64,000 nucleotides of DNA. Source: Candidatus Multivoradales bacterium. Lineage in GTDB: Bacteria > Acidobacteriota > Thermoanaerobaculia > Multivoradales > JAHEKO01. This document shows positions 39,143 to 47,129 of the stretch, piece after piece. A program made the translations under genes and the position numbers. The stretch's first letter is position 1. The number at the start of each line of letters is the position of its first letter. The stretch is taken from positions 896,001 to 960,000 of the forward strand of contig CBDCVR010000014.1 in the NCBI GenBank assembly GCA_965223155.1, read 5' to 3'. The notes under the pieces are model-generated. The model saw only the letters and a list, made by a program, of their open reading frames with translations, searched no databases and had not been told where the DNA came from.

Positions 39143-39766
39143 TCAGTACCAGACCCATGGGGTGGGTGCCTGATCGCGCCGGTAGAACCTGCCATCGACG
39201 CTGAAGTACTTGCGCACTTGGACCCGGCCGACGGCTCGCGGCTCGACTCGAACTTCCAGGAAGTTCCTGGCGCGCGCCGGATCCGGATGGTCCGCCAGCC
39301 GGTAGGCACCGGTCTCGGCCACGGAACCGTCCTGCTGAAAATGAACGCGGCTGTCGGGCGCGAAACCAACGACGGGGACCGGGTCGGATGGCGGCGCCAC
39401 CGGATAGACCCCGGCACCGAGGGTCGTGCGCATGATCAGAGTTTCGGTGCCTTGATCCCAGATACCGTCATCGTCGCTGTCCACCCAAGCCTGAAGAAGC
39501 CGGTACTCAGAATGGCTCGGATCGGTGGTGGTGCCAAGCAGAAATACGGTCGGCTCCTGGGTCTTGAGAGCCTGGTACCGAGCTTGGCGCATGGCCGCCT
39601 GGATCTCCTGCACGGTCCCCGACATCCGGGTACGGCTAAAGAACTTCTGGATCGCCGGTCCCGACCACACGATGACGATGCCGAGAAGGGCCAGCACCAC
39701 AAGGAGCTCGAGCAGGCTGAACCCGCTCGGGCGCTTTCCATCGTGTGGCGATCGGCTTCGTATCAT
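39143..39766 (-). CDS. FimT/FimU (GspH-like) minor pilin
   Basis: SG|FSLLELLVVLALLGI...ARYQALK...VHFQQDGS...VGRVQV. Confidence 0.85.
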   Translation of the reverse strand: MIRSRSPHDGKRPSGFSLLELLVVLALLGIVIVWSGPAIQKFFSRTRMSGTVQEIQAAMRQARYQALKTQEPTVFLLGTTTDPSHSEYRLLQAWVDSDDDGIWDQGTETLIMRTTLGAGVYPVAPPSDPVPVVGFAPDSRVHFQQDGSVAETGAYRLADHPDPARARNFLEVRVEPRAVGRVQVRKYFSVDGRFYRRDQAPTPWVWY

Positions 39767-39791
39767 CTTGCGCTCCGGGCGCTTGCTGAAG

Positions 39792-39808
39792 ATCAAGCTA
39801 CGTGCCAA
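39792..39808 (-). promoter_or_regulatory. Near-consensus sigma54 (-24/-12) promoter of the pilin operon
   Basis: TTGGCACGTAGCTTGAT versus consensus TGGCACG-N4-TTGC; AT-rich tract upstream (39835-39860). Confidence 0.55.
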
Positions 39809-39977
39809 CCGTTCGCTGGTCGCGCGAAGCCATGTAACTGCAAGAAAGCAAAAGGCTTTCAGGAACTCAACTGGCGCGGCGGGAGATCTCCGGGAAGGCG
39901 ACATGCTACCTATCGTAGCAATTGTGCACAGCCCCCTCGCGCTTGGCGCGGCGTCACGGCCGCGCGGATCCAGGCGC

Positions 39978-40175
39978 TCAGCCGAACCCCGAACCGCAAC
40001 CGCCCGCCGACGCGGCGCTTTCGGAGCTGCCGCGACTGGCAAAGGTCGAAACCATCTTCGAGAGCTTCGGGCTGCGGCAGTAGATGCAGACCAGCCTCTC
40101 CGCCGTCTCTCCCAGGTTCTGCAAAACCTCGAAGTCCCGGCCACATTCCTCGCAGCGATACTCGTAGAGCGGCAT
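39978..40175 (-). CDS. FmdB family zinc-ribbon protein (possible Sec readthrough to 39954)
   Basis: MPLYEYRCEECGRDFEVLQ...CIYCRS; AAGGAG RBS; TGA stop followed by a hairpin. Confidence 0.9.
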   Translation of the reverse strand: MPLYEYRCEECGRDFEVLQNLGETAERLVCIYCRSPKLSKMVSTFASRGSSESAASAGGCGSGFG

Positions 40176-40263
40176 GGATCTCCTTCGGTCCCCATCTTAC
40201 GCTTCCTCGACACACCGCGGTAGCGCCCAACCTGGCGGTTTGTGTGAGCAGCAGCGCCAAGCC

Positions 40264-40290
40264 TGAAACAGAATTTCGTGCGTCTGCGTA
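40264..40290 (+). promoter_or_regulatory. Possible ECF sigma promoter (TGAAAC-N17-CGTA)
   Basis: tgaaac agaatttcgtgcgtctg cgta, upstream of the GAGGAG RBS of a membrane-protein gene. Confidence 0.4.
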
Positions 40291-40313
40291 GTACAGCTTG
40301 AGGAGAGAACATC

Positions 40314-41030
40314 ATGGCTCAAGCAGATCCTTGGACTCGCTGGCTCGACGCCGTCTTCGGCGTCTTCTATCGCGCCCGGCCCTACCTCAACGCGCTCTAC
40401 CTCCTGGCGGCTCTTCCGCTCGGCGTGGCCTATTTCGTGTTCTTGATCACCGGCTGGGCGCTGGGGCTCGGCCTGATGATCGTGTGGGTCGGGTTCCTCA
40501 TCCTCGCCGCCGTCGTGCTGCTGAGCTTCGGCATCTCGTGGTTCGAGCGGCTGCTGGCGATCCATCTGCTGGGAGCCCGAGTCGGACCGATCGCGGCCTC
40601 GCCCGCGGGCCTCGGCGGAATCGCAAGCCGTGCCGAAGGTCAGAACGAGACCGGCTCGAAAGAGACGGAAGGCTTTCTCAACCAAGCCAAAGCCTTCTTG
40701 ACCAACAAGGTGACTTGGACCGGCATGATGTTCCTCTTCCTCAAGTTTCCGCTCGGCGTCGTCTCGTTCGTGATGACCGTGGTCGGCTTCGCGGTAAGCG
40801 GTACCCTTCTTGCGGCCCCGATCTACTTTCGTTGGGATCCACCCACGATCGGCTGGTTCGGCACCTGGTGGGTCGTCGACACCCTGCCCGAGGCCCTGCT
40901 CTGCTCGCTGGTGGGCCTCGTCTTTCTGATCGCCAGCCTGCATCTGGTGAACGCGTTGGCTTGGGTGTGGCGATTCCTGGCGGAAGCGCTCCTGGGACAC
41001 GGTCCCGAACCGGTACCGGCCGAAGCCTGA
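40314..41030 (+). CDS. Stand-alone membrane 'sensor' domain protein
   Basis: YLLAALPLGVAYFVFL..GLGLMIVWVG..FERLLA..LLG..TW..FLFLKFPLG. Confidence 0.82.
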   Translation: MAQADPWTRWLDAVFGVFYRARPYLNALYLLAALPLGVAYFVFLITGWALGLGLMIVWVGFLILAAVVLLSFGISWFERLLAIHLLGARVGPIAASPAGLGGIASRAEGQNETGSKETEGFLNQAKAFLTNKVTWTGMMFLFLKFPLGVVSFVMTVVGFAVSGTLLAAPIYFRWDPPTIGWFGTWWVVDTLPEALLCSLVGLVFLIASLHLVNALAWVWRFLAEALLGHGPEPVPAEA

Positions 41031-41071
41031 TCGCCTGAGGCTCCAGCCCAGGTGACTCGGATCGCCAAGAC

Positions 41072-42112
41072 TCATCGAAGCCGGCGGCCGGCTCGGGCGC
41101 GCCCGACGTACGGCGCGGCAAGCTTGGCGACCCGTGCCCAGTGGCGGTCGCCCTCGGACAGGGCGGCGAAGGCCCGCACCGGTTTCCCCGAACGGCAGTT
41201 GGCGGCGCCGTCGCGATAGGCGGCAAGCATGCGCCGAAGCCGCTGCCGCATCTCGTATTGTGGCGCGCCGGCGACGACGGTCGCGCTCATCACATCCAGG
41301 TCTCGGCCGAACTCCAGGCAGGCCCGACCGGCCGCCGCCAGGGAATCTCGAGCGATTTCGATCTCGAGCCGGCGCCGAATGAGCCGGAGCCGGCCGGCCT
41401 CGCGGACGAAGAGCTCGACCCATTGGCGATGGCGCGCGGCAACCGCCGGAGCCACCGGCTCGATGAGGATTCCAGGCCGCTTCGCGACCCGACCGAAAGC
41501 GACCGGACGCGGTTTGGGATCCCTCCGAGCCCGCCGCCCGGGTACCTGAGGTACAGGCGCTCCGACACCTCGCGAACCGTTCCTCTCGGCGGACTCCTCC
41601 CCGCGGTCTGCGCCGACGGCGCCCATCGCCGAGGCTCTCGCCGCAGCCGGTCGGCGCGCACCAGCTCCCGGAAAAGGCTCTCCTCGGTTCCGAGCGGCCA
41701 GCGCCGCCACCGCGGCCCCGTCGAGCCGATCCAGATAGGGATGGAGTGCTCGCCGCCTCCCCGAGCCAGACAGGTCCCCTCCGACGCGAACCGGGCTCTC
41801 GGTTCGGCCGGCGACGACCGTTCCGCAGCTCGCCTCGAGCTCGCGGCTCCACGCCTCGATGCGACTCCGTTCGCCATCGAGAGCCCGCCTCTGAGCCAGC
41901 TCGGCGACGATCGTCAAGAGCTCGCCCGCCACTGCCGAACGCGTCGCCAATGCCCCGCGCGGCGCGGCGCCGGCACAGAGCTCGGCGGCCTCCAGCATCA
42001 AGAACTCGACGGTCTCGATCGTCCCGGGTCGATCAAGGGCGCCGAGGCCGGGCAGAAACGGGCGAAACAAGGCCAATCCCAAGACCACCACGGTACTCCA
42101 CAGGGCTCCCAT
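41072..42112 (-). CDS. Hypothetical protein
   Basis: Fills the gap between genes; hydrophobic N-terminus after AGCGGGAG; no recognisable motif. Confidence 0.4.
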   Translation of the reverse strand: MGALWSTVVVLGLALFRPFLPGLGALDRPGTIETVEFLMLEAAELCAGAAPRGALATRSAVAGELLTIVAELAQRRALDGERSRIEAWSRELEASCGTVVAGRTESPVRVGGDLSGSGRRRALHPYLDRLDGAAVAALAARNRGEPFPGAGARRPAAARASAMGAVGADRGEESAERNGSRGVGAPVPQVPGRRARRDPKPRPVAFGRVAKRPGILIEPVAPAVAARHRQWVELFVREAGRLRLIRRRLEIEIARDSLAAAGRACLEFGRDLDVMSATVVAGAPQYEMRQRLRRMLAAYRDGAANCRSGKPVRAFAALSEGDRHWARVAKLAAPYVGRARAGRRLR

Positions 42113-42194
42113 CAGGAGCTCCCGCCAATCTTGGCTAGCGCTCTCTCGGAGGATCTCCGCCTGGCACTCAGGGTCTTGCCGGTCCTAGGATTTT

Positions 42195-42239
42195 TCTGAT
42201 CCTGGAGAACCTTCAGACCTTTCAGATCCTCTTGATTCT
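42195..42239. repeat. Degenerate 9-bp-period intergenic repeat
   Basis: tctgatcct ggagaacct tcagacctt tcagatcct cttgattct. Confidence 0.45.
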
Positions 42240-42412
42240 GGTGGCTCGTCATCGGGCTCGTCTCCAATCTCCCTACATGCAGAGACGCGCCGCCACGCCC
42301 GCATCTGACGGCACGGCGGCCGGGTGAGCTTGATTCCCCGCGCGGTTCGCACTAGCCTGCCGCGCGGGACCTCCGCTCGAGGCCGGTTCCCGCTTCCTGC
42401 CCTACTCGGTCC

Positions 42413-43357
42413 ATGCCCTCCTCGCCACCCCGAGTCGCCGCGATCGTTCTCAACTACAACGGTCGCGAGGTCACCCTCGAAGCCCTGGGCAGCCTGGCGA
42501 GGATGACCTATCCGGCCTTCGATCTCATCCACGTGGACAACGGCTCCTCGGACGGCTCGCACGAGGCCGTTGCCAGTGCCTTCCCGGACGTCATCCAGCT
42601 CCGGGTCGAGAACAACACCGGCGCCGCCACCGGCATGAACGTGGGTCTCGAGTACGCCTGCCGCGAGGGCTACGACTACCTGCTGCTTCTCAACAACGAC
42701 ATCGAGGTCGATCCCGACATGCTGACCGAGATGATGCGCGTGGCCGAGCGCGGGGACCAAGTCGGTTGCGTCGGACCCAAGGCCTACTACTACGGCGACC
42801 GTACCCGGATCTGGTCGGCGGGAGGAATCATCCGATTCAAAGAGTCGGTCACGCGCGAGCGCGGCATGCGCCAGATGGATCGCGGCCAATTCGACGAGGA
42901 CCGCGAGGTCGACTACATCAACGGCTGTGCCCTCTTGACCCCCAGGCGCGTAGTCGAGGAGATCGGCGGCTGGGATCCTCTCTTTTTCCTCGCCGCCGAG
43001 GACGCCGACTGGTGCATGCGCATGAAGCGCCAGGGCTACCGCTGCTACTACGCCCACCGCGCCCGCTTGTGGCACATGGTTTCGCACACGGCCGGCGACT
43101 ACGTCCCCAAGCGCACGGTCCATACCGGCCGGGGAGCGGCTCTCTTTGTCAAGCGCTACGCCAACGCCTGGCAGTGGCTGACCTTCGTCGCCTTCATGAG
43201 CGGCTCGTTCGTCTGGGCGTTTCTGCGCGAGCTGCCCAAGGGCAACGCCCTGGCGGTGGTCCGGAAGGCCCAGGGCGTGGTCCGGGGACTGCGCACGCCG
43301 CTGACCGAGCCGCCGGCGATCGACACGAGCCGCGACGCCGCGACCGCCGGCTTATAG
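42413..43357 (+). CDS. Glycosyltransferase family 2
   Basis: IVLNYNG, VDNGSSDGS, LLLNNDIE, YINGCALL, FFLAAEDADWC. Confidence 0.94.
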   Translation: MPSSPPRVAAIVLNYNGREVTLEALGSLARMTYPAFDLIHVDNGSSDGSHEAVASAFPDVIQLRVENNTGAATGMNVGLEYACREGYDYLLLLNNDIEVDPDMLTEMMRVAERGDQVGCVGPKAYYYGDRTRIWSAGGIIRFKESVTRERGMRQMDRGQFDEDREVDYINGCALLTPRRVVEEIGGWDPLFFLAAEDADWCMRMKRQGYRCYYAHRARLWHMVSHTAGDYVPKRTVHTGRGAALFVKRYANAWQWLTFVAFMSGSFVWAFLRELPKGNALAVVRKAQGVVRGLRTPLTEPPAIDTSRDAATAGL

Positions 43358-43495
43358 CCAGCTCGTAGCCGGCGGCCGCCGGGAACCGGGATCCCACCGG
43401 GCTTCCGAGCTACAATCCGGCATCGTGCCGGCACACCGAATCTCGCCACCGTCCGCCTCGCACCGCGACGCCCGGTCCCATCCCCAGCGCGCCCA

Positions 43496-45835
43496 ATGAC
43501 CTTCGAGATCGGCCTGGTTCTGGCGGTCCTGGCTGGCGCCGTCGCCCTCTTCGTGAGCGAGTGGGTACGGGTGGACGTGGTCGCCCTCATCGTCCTCGTC
43601 ACGCTGGCGCTGACCGGCTTGGTAACTCCCTCGGAAGCGCTCTCGGGTTTCAGCAACCCCGCCGTGATCACGGTCTGGGCGGTGTTCATCCTGAGCGGCG
43701 GCCTCGCCCGCACCGGCATCGCTGGCCGCCTCGGCCACCAGGTGCTGAAGATCGCCGGCAAGCGGGAGGTCGCTCTCATCGGCACGATCATGCTGACGGC
43801 CGGCTTCCTGTCAGCCTTCATGAACAACGTAGGGGTCGCGGCCATGATGCTGCCGGTGGTCGTGGACATCGCCAGGCGCACCAAGATTCCGACCTCGAAG
43901 CTGCTGATCCCGCTGGCCTTCAGCTCGCTTCTGGGCGGGCTGACGACCCTTATCGGCACACCCCCGAACATCCTGATTAGCGCCGCGCTGGAAGAGTCCG
44001 GGCGGGAGCCCTTCGCGATGTTCGACTTCACTCCCCTGGGCGCTGCGGTCCTCTTCGTGGGGGTCGCCTTCATGGCCACCATCGGCCGCCGGCTCCTGCC
44101 CGACCGCGACCCGCGGACGCTCTCCGGCGCCACCGAACCGGACAAGGACAAGCTCTACCGCTTACAAGAGCAGGTCTTCATGGTGGAGATTCCAAACAAC
44201 TCGACTCTGGCCGGCCGCAGCCTCGCCGACAGCCGGCTGGGCTCGGCCCTGGCCCTCAACGTGATCGCGATTCAGCGCGCCGATCGAACGCTGCTGGCGC
44301 CCCGGCCGGACACCACGCTCCAGGCCGGAGACCGGCTGCTGGTCGAGGGCGACGCCGAGCAGCTCCACAGTGACGGCGAGATCTTCGCAATCGAGCGGCA
44401 AGCCAGCGCCGCCGACACCCTGCGCTCGAAGGACGTCCACATCGTCAACATCGAGATCCTGCCCGGATCGAGCCTGGCAGGCGAGTCGCTGCGCTCGAGC
44501 AACTTCCGCAACCGCCATGGCGGCATTGTGCTCGCGATCCGGCGCCGCGACGAGGTGGTGCGGCGGGGGCTGGATAGGTGGCCCCTGGACCACGGCGACA
44601 TGCTCCTGGCCCTGGCCTCGACCGAAGAGTTGGACCGTCTCCAGCAAAACGACCACCTGCTGGTCACGCGCCCGGAGGAAACCGAGGACTTTCTTCTGGG
44701 CGACGAGCTCATCGTGGTGCGCGTTCCGCACGGCTCGGCCTTGGCCGGCAAGTCACTCATCGAAAGCCGCCTTGGCGAAGGCTACGGCATCGGCGTCTTG
44801 GGCGTCGTGCGCGGGGAGCAGACCGACCTCTCGCCGCCGCCCAGCTACCGCATCCAGGAAGACGACGGTCTGCTGATCAAAGGTTTGCGCGAGGACCTGG
44901 AAACCGTCCAGGCCCTGCACGGCCTCGAAGCCGGGACGCGCGGAATCGACCTCGACCTGCTCGAGTCCGAGCGCATCGGACTGGCCGAGGTGGTGCTCTC
45001 ACCGCGCTCGACGCTCGCCGGCAAGACCCTGGCCGAGCTTCATTTTCGTGAAAAGTACGGGTTGAACGTGGTGGCGATCTCGCGCGCCGGCGAGATCATC
45101 CGGCGCGGCCTCAAGGACGAGCCGCTCTTTTTTGGCGACGCCTTGCTGCTCCACGGCTCACGAGCCCGTCTCAAGGTCCTCGCCTCCGAGCCCGACTTCC
45201 TGGTCCTCGACGCCGAAGCGGTCGAAGCGGTGGAACCGCGCAAGGCGCCCCTGGCCGCGTTCTTGATGCTGGGCGTAATCATCTCGGTGGTCGTGGGCTG
45301 GCTGCCGATCTACATCGCCGCCGTCACCGGCGCGCTGCTGATGGTGCTGACCGGCTGCCTGACCATGGACGACGCCTACAGCGCGATCGAATGGCGGGCG
45401 GTGTTCTTGATCGCGGGCATGTTGCCCCTGGGAATCGCTCTCCAGAAGACCGGCGCGGCGGAGTTTCTGACCCTCCAGGTCGTGTCCGCGGTCGGCGGCT
45501 ACGGGCCAATGGCGGTGGTCGCCGCGCTTTTCTTGGTCACCGCCTTCGCCGCCCAGGTCATGCCGACCGCCGCGGTCGCGATCCTGATGGCGCCCATCGC
45601 CCTCAATACCGCCAGCGACCTCGGGCTCTCTCCCCAGGCTCTGCTGATGGCGGTCGCACTGTCGGCCTCGGCCAGCTTCATGAGCCCGGTCGCCCATCCC
45701 GCCAACACCCTGATCATGGGGCCCGGCGGCTACCGGTTCGTCGACTACATCAAGGTCGGCCTGCCCCTGACCATCCTGTGCCTGGTGACGGTTCTCTTCT
45801 TGCTGCCGCTGGTCTGGCCCATCGTTCCCCGTTGA
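43496..45835 (+). CDS. SLC13/CitM permease with TrkA-C (RCK_C) domains
   Basis: SAFMNNVG, LIGTPPNI, four S.LAGKSL TrkA-C repeats, SFMSPVAHPANTLIMGPGGYRF. Confidence 0.93.
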   Translation: MTFEIGLVLAVLAGAVALFVSEWVRVDVVALIVLVTLALTGLVTPSEALSGFSNPAVITVWAVFILSGGLARTGIAGRLGHQVLKIAGKREVALIGTIMLTAGFLSAFMNNVGVAAMMLPVVVDIARRTKIPTSKLLIPLAFSSLLGGLTTLIGTPPNILISAALEESGREPFAMFDFTPLGAAVLFVGVAFMATIGRRLLPDRDPRTLSGATEPDKDKLYRLQEQVFMVEIPNNSTLAGRSLADSRLGSALALNVIAIQRADRTLLAPRPDTTLQAGDRLLVEGDAEQLHSDGEIFAIERQASAADTLRSKDVHIVNIEILPGSSLAGESLRSSNFRNRHGGIVLAIRRRDEVVRRGLDRWPLDHGDMLLALASTEELDRLQQNDHLLVTRPEETEDFLLGDELIVVRVPHGSALAGKSLIESRLGEGYGIGVLGVVRGEQTDLSPPPSYRIQEDDGLLIKGLREDLETVQALHGLEAGTRGIDLDLLESERIGLAEVVLSPRSTLAGKTLAELHFREKYGLNVVAISRAGEIIRRGLKDEPLFFGDALLLHGSRARLKVLASEPDFLVLDAEAVEAVEPRKAPLAAFLMLGVIISVVVGWLPIYIAAVTGALLMVLTGCLTMDDAYSAIEWRAVFLIAGMLPLGIALQKTGAAEFLTLQVVSAVGGYGPMAVVAALFLVTAFAAQVMPTAAVAILMAPIALNTASDLGLSPQALLMAVALSASASFMSPVAHPANTLIMGPGGYRFVDYIKVGLPLTILCLVTVLFLLPLVWPIVPR

Positions 45836-45949
45836 CAGAGCTCGAAACGAATGGGTATAACTTTGGAAACGAGTCGGTAGAGCCTTGCCGTCCGGCGGTA
45901 CTCGCCGGCCTTGATCTTGGAAAGAACCCGAAAAAGCCCTGACCTCGAG

Positions 45950-46231
45950 ATGGCGCCCCGCGTCACGGACCGCCGCTGGTGCTCGGACCGGAGGCTGACG
46001 GAGCGTCGGCGCGCGTCGGTGCCGGTGGTCTTCGACCGCCGCCGCCGCGAACGGCGAGTCTCGGAACGGCGAACCGTCTCGGATCGGCGGGGCCGAACCG
46101 TCACCTCCTGGCACCATCGGTGTACCGAGCTGTCGGACTCGACCGCCTGCGGCCAGCCCGCCCTGTTGCGAACCGAAACGGGGTGGCGCTGCGTCTGGCA
46201 CCTCGAGGCGACCGTCCCGGACGCGACTTGA
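45950..46231 (+). CDS. Small protein with repeated [DE]RR motifs and a C-terminal Cys/His cluster
   Basis: TDRR, SDRR, TERR, FDRR, RERR, SERR, SDRR, then HRC..ACG..RCVWH; AT-rich upstream region. Confidence 0.5.
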   Translation: MAPRVTDRRWCSDRRLTERRRASVPVVFDRRRRERRVSERRTVSDRRGRTVTSWHHRCTELSDSTACGQPALLRTETGWRCVWHLEATVPDAT

Positions 46232-46355
46232 AGGGTCTCGACTTCTCCCAGAGTTCGAGTCAGAAGGACGTAGGTGCTTGAAGATCCAGGCTCGCGACCG
46301 GCCGAACGAAACAGCTTCCAACGATCGCGTCCCGAGTTCCGGACCTTGGCCAGAC

Positions 46356-47000
46356 ATGCGGCATAGCTCGGCCGACGACGGATTCCGCCGGCCGCCCGCT
46401 CCCGCCGCCGGACTCGGACTGGCAGCCCTGCTCATCATTCTGCCGGCGGCCTCGGAACCGGCCGCGGCCACAACGCCGCCCGACGTTCAGATCGCCGCGG
46501 CAGTCGCGGCGGCGCCCGAAGACCGGCGCGCCGGCGCCACCGTCCTCGGCTACTCCGCTTCGGGCGAGTTGGTGCGGCTTCGCGAAGGCGAAAACGAGCT
46601 CATCTGCCTTGCCGACGATCCCACCGACGAGCGCTTCCAGGTGACCTGCTACCACCAGTCCCTGGAGCCCTACATGGCGCGCGGCCGCGAGCTCAAGAAG
46701 CAAGGTGTCGCTTCGGTCGAACGCCTGGCGATCCGGCACCGGGAAGCCGACGCCGGCGAGCTCGCGATGCCGGAGGAGCCCGCGACCCTGTTCAACCTCG
46801 GTGGACCCCTCGACCTGGTCGACTGGGAGACCGGCCAGGTCACCGGCGGACGCCGCGTGTGGTCAATCTACATTCCCTACGCGACCGAAGCCGACACGGG
46901 CCTGCCCACGACTCCCCAGACGCCGGGCGCGCCCTGGATCATGCGGCCGGGAACCGCGTCGGCCCACATCATGGTCGTCCACGCCGGCGCCGGCGGCTGA
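46356..47000 (+). CDS. Hypothetical secreted protein
   Basis: Signal-like stretch; AVAAAPEDRRAGATVL..LREGENELICLADDP..CYH..IYIPYAT..TGLP..PWIMRPGTASAHIM. Confidence 0.75.
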   Translation: MRHSSADDGFRRPPAPAAGLGLAALLIILPAASEPAAATTPPDVQIAAAVAAAPEDRRAGATVLGYSASGELVRLREGENELICLADDPTDERFQVTCYHQSLEPYMARGRELKKQGVASVERLAIRHREADAGELAMPEEPATLFNLGGPLDLVDWETGQVTGGRRVWSIYIPYATEADTGLPTTPQTPGAPWIMRPGTASAHIMVVHAGAGG

Positions 47001-47059
47001 TCGCCGCGAAGTTTCGGGCTCTTCGGAGCAATCGGAGCAGCCGGAACAGCAGCGCCAAG

Positions 47060-47095
47060 AAAAAAGCGGCCCCCCGATTTCTCGGGGAGCCGCTT
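47060..47095 (-). terminator. Rho-independent terminator of the TonB receptor gene
   Basis: GCGGCTCCCCGA-GAAA-TCGGGGGGCCGC followed by a T run on the minus strand. Confidence 0.8.
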
Positions 47096-47129
47096 GGCGC
47101 TGCTTTGCCGCTAGCGGGCTAGAGGCCGG

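Noticed and set aside
45860-45945. c-di-GMP riboswitch upstream of the DRR protein
   Set aside because: GGAAAC and a hairpin are present, but I cannot match the class I or II consensus by eye; an Rfam scan is needed.
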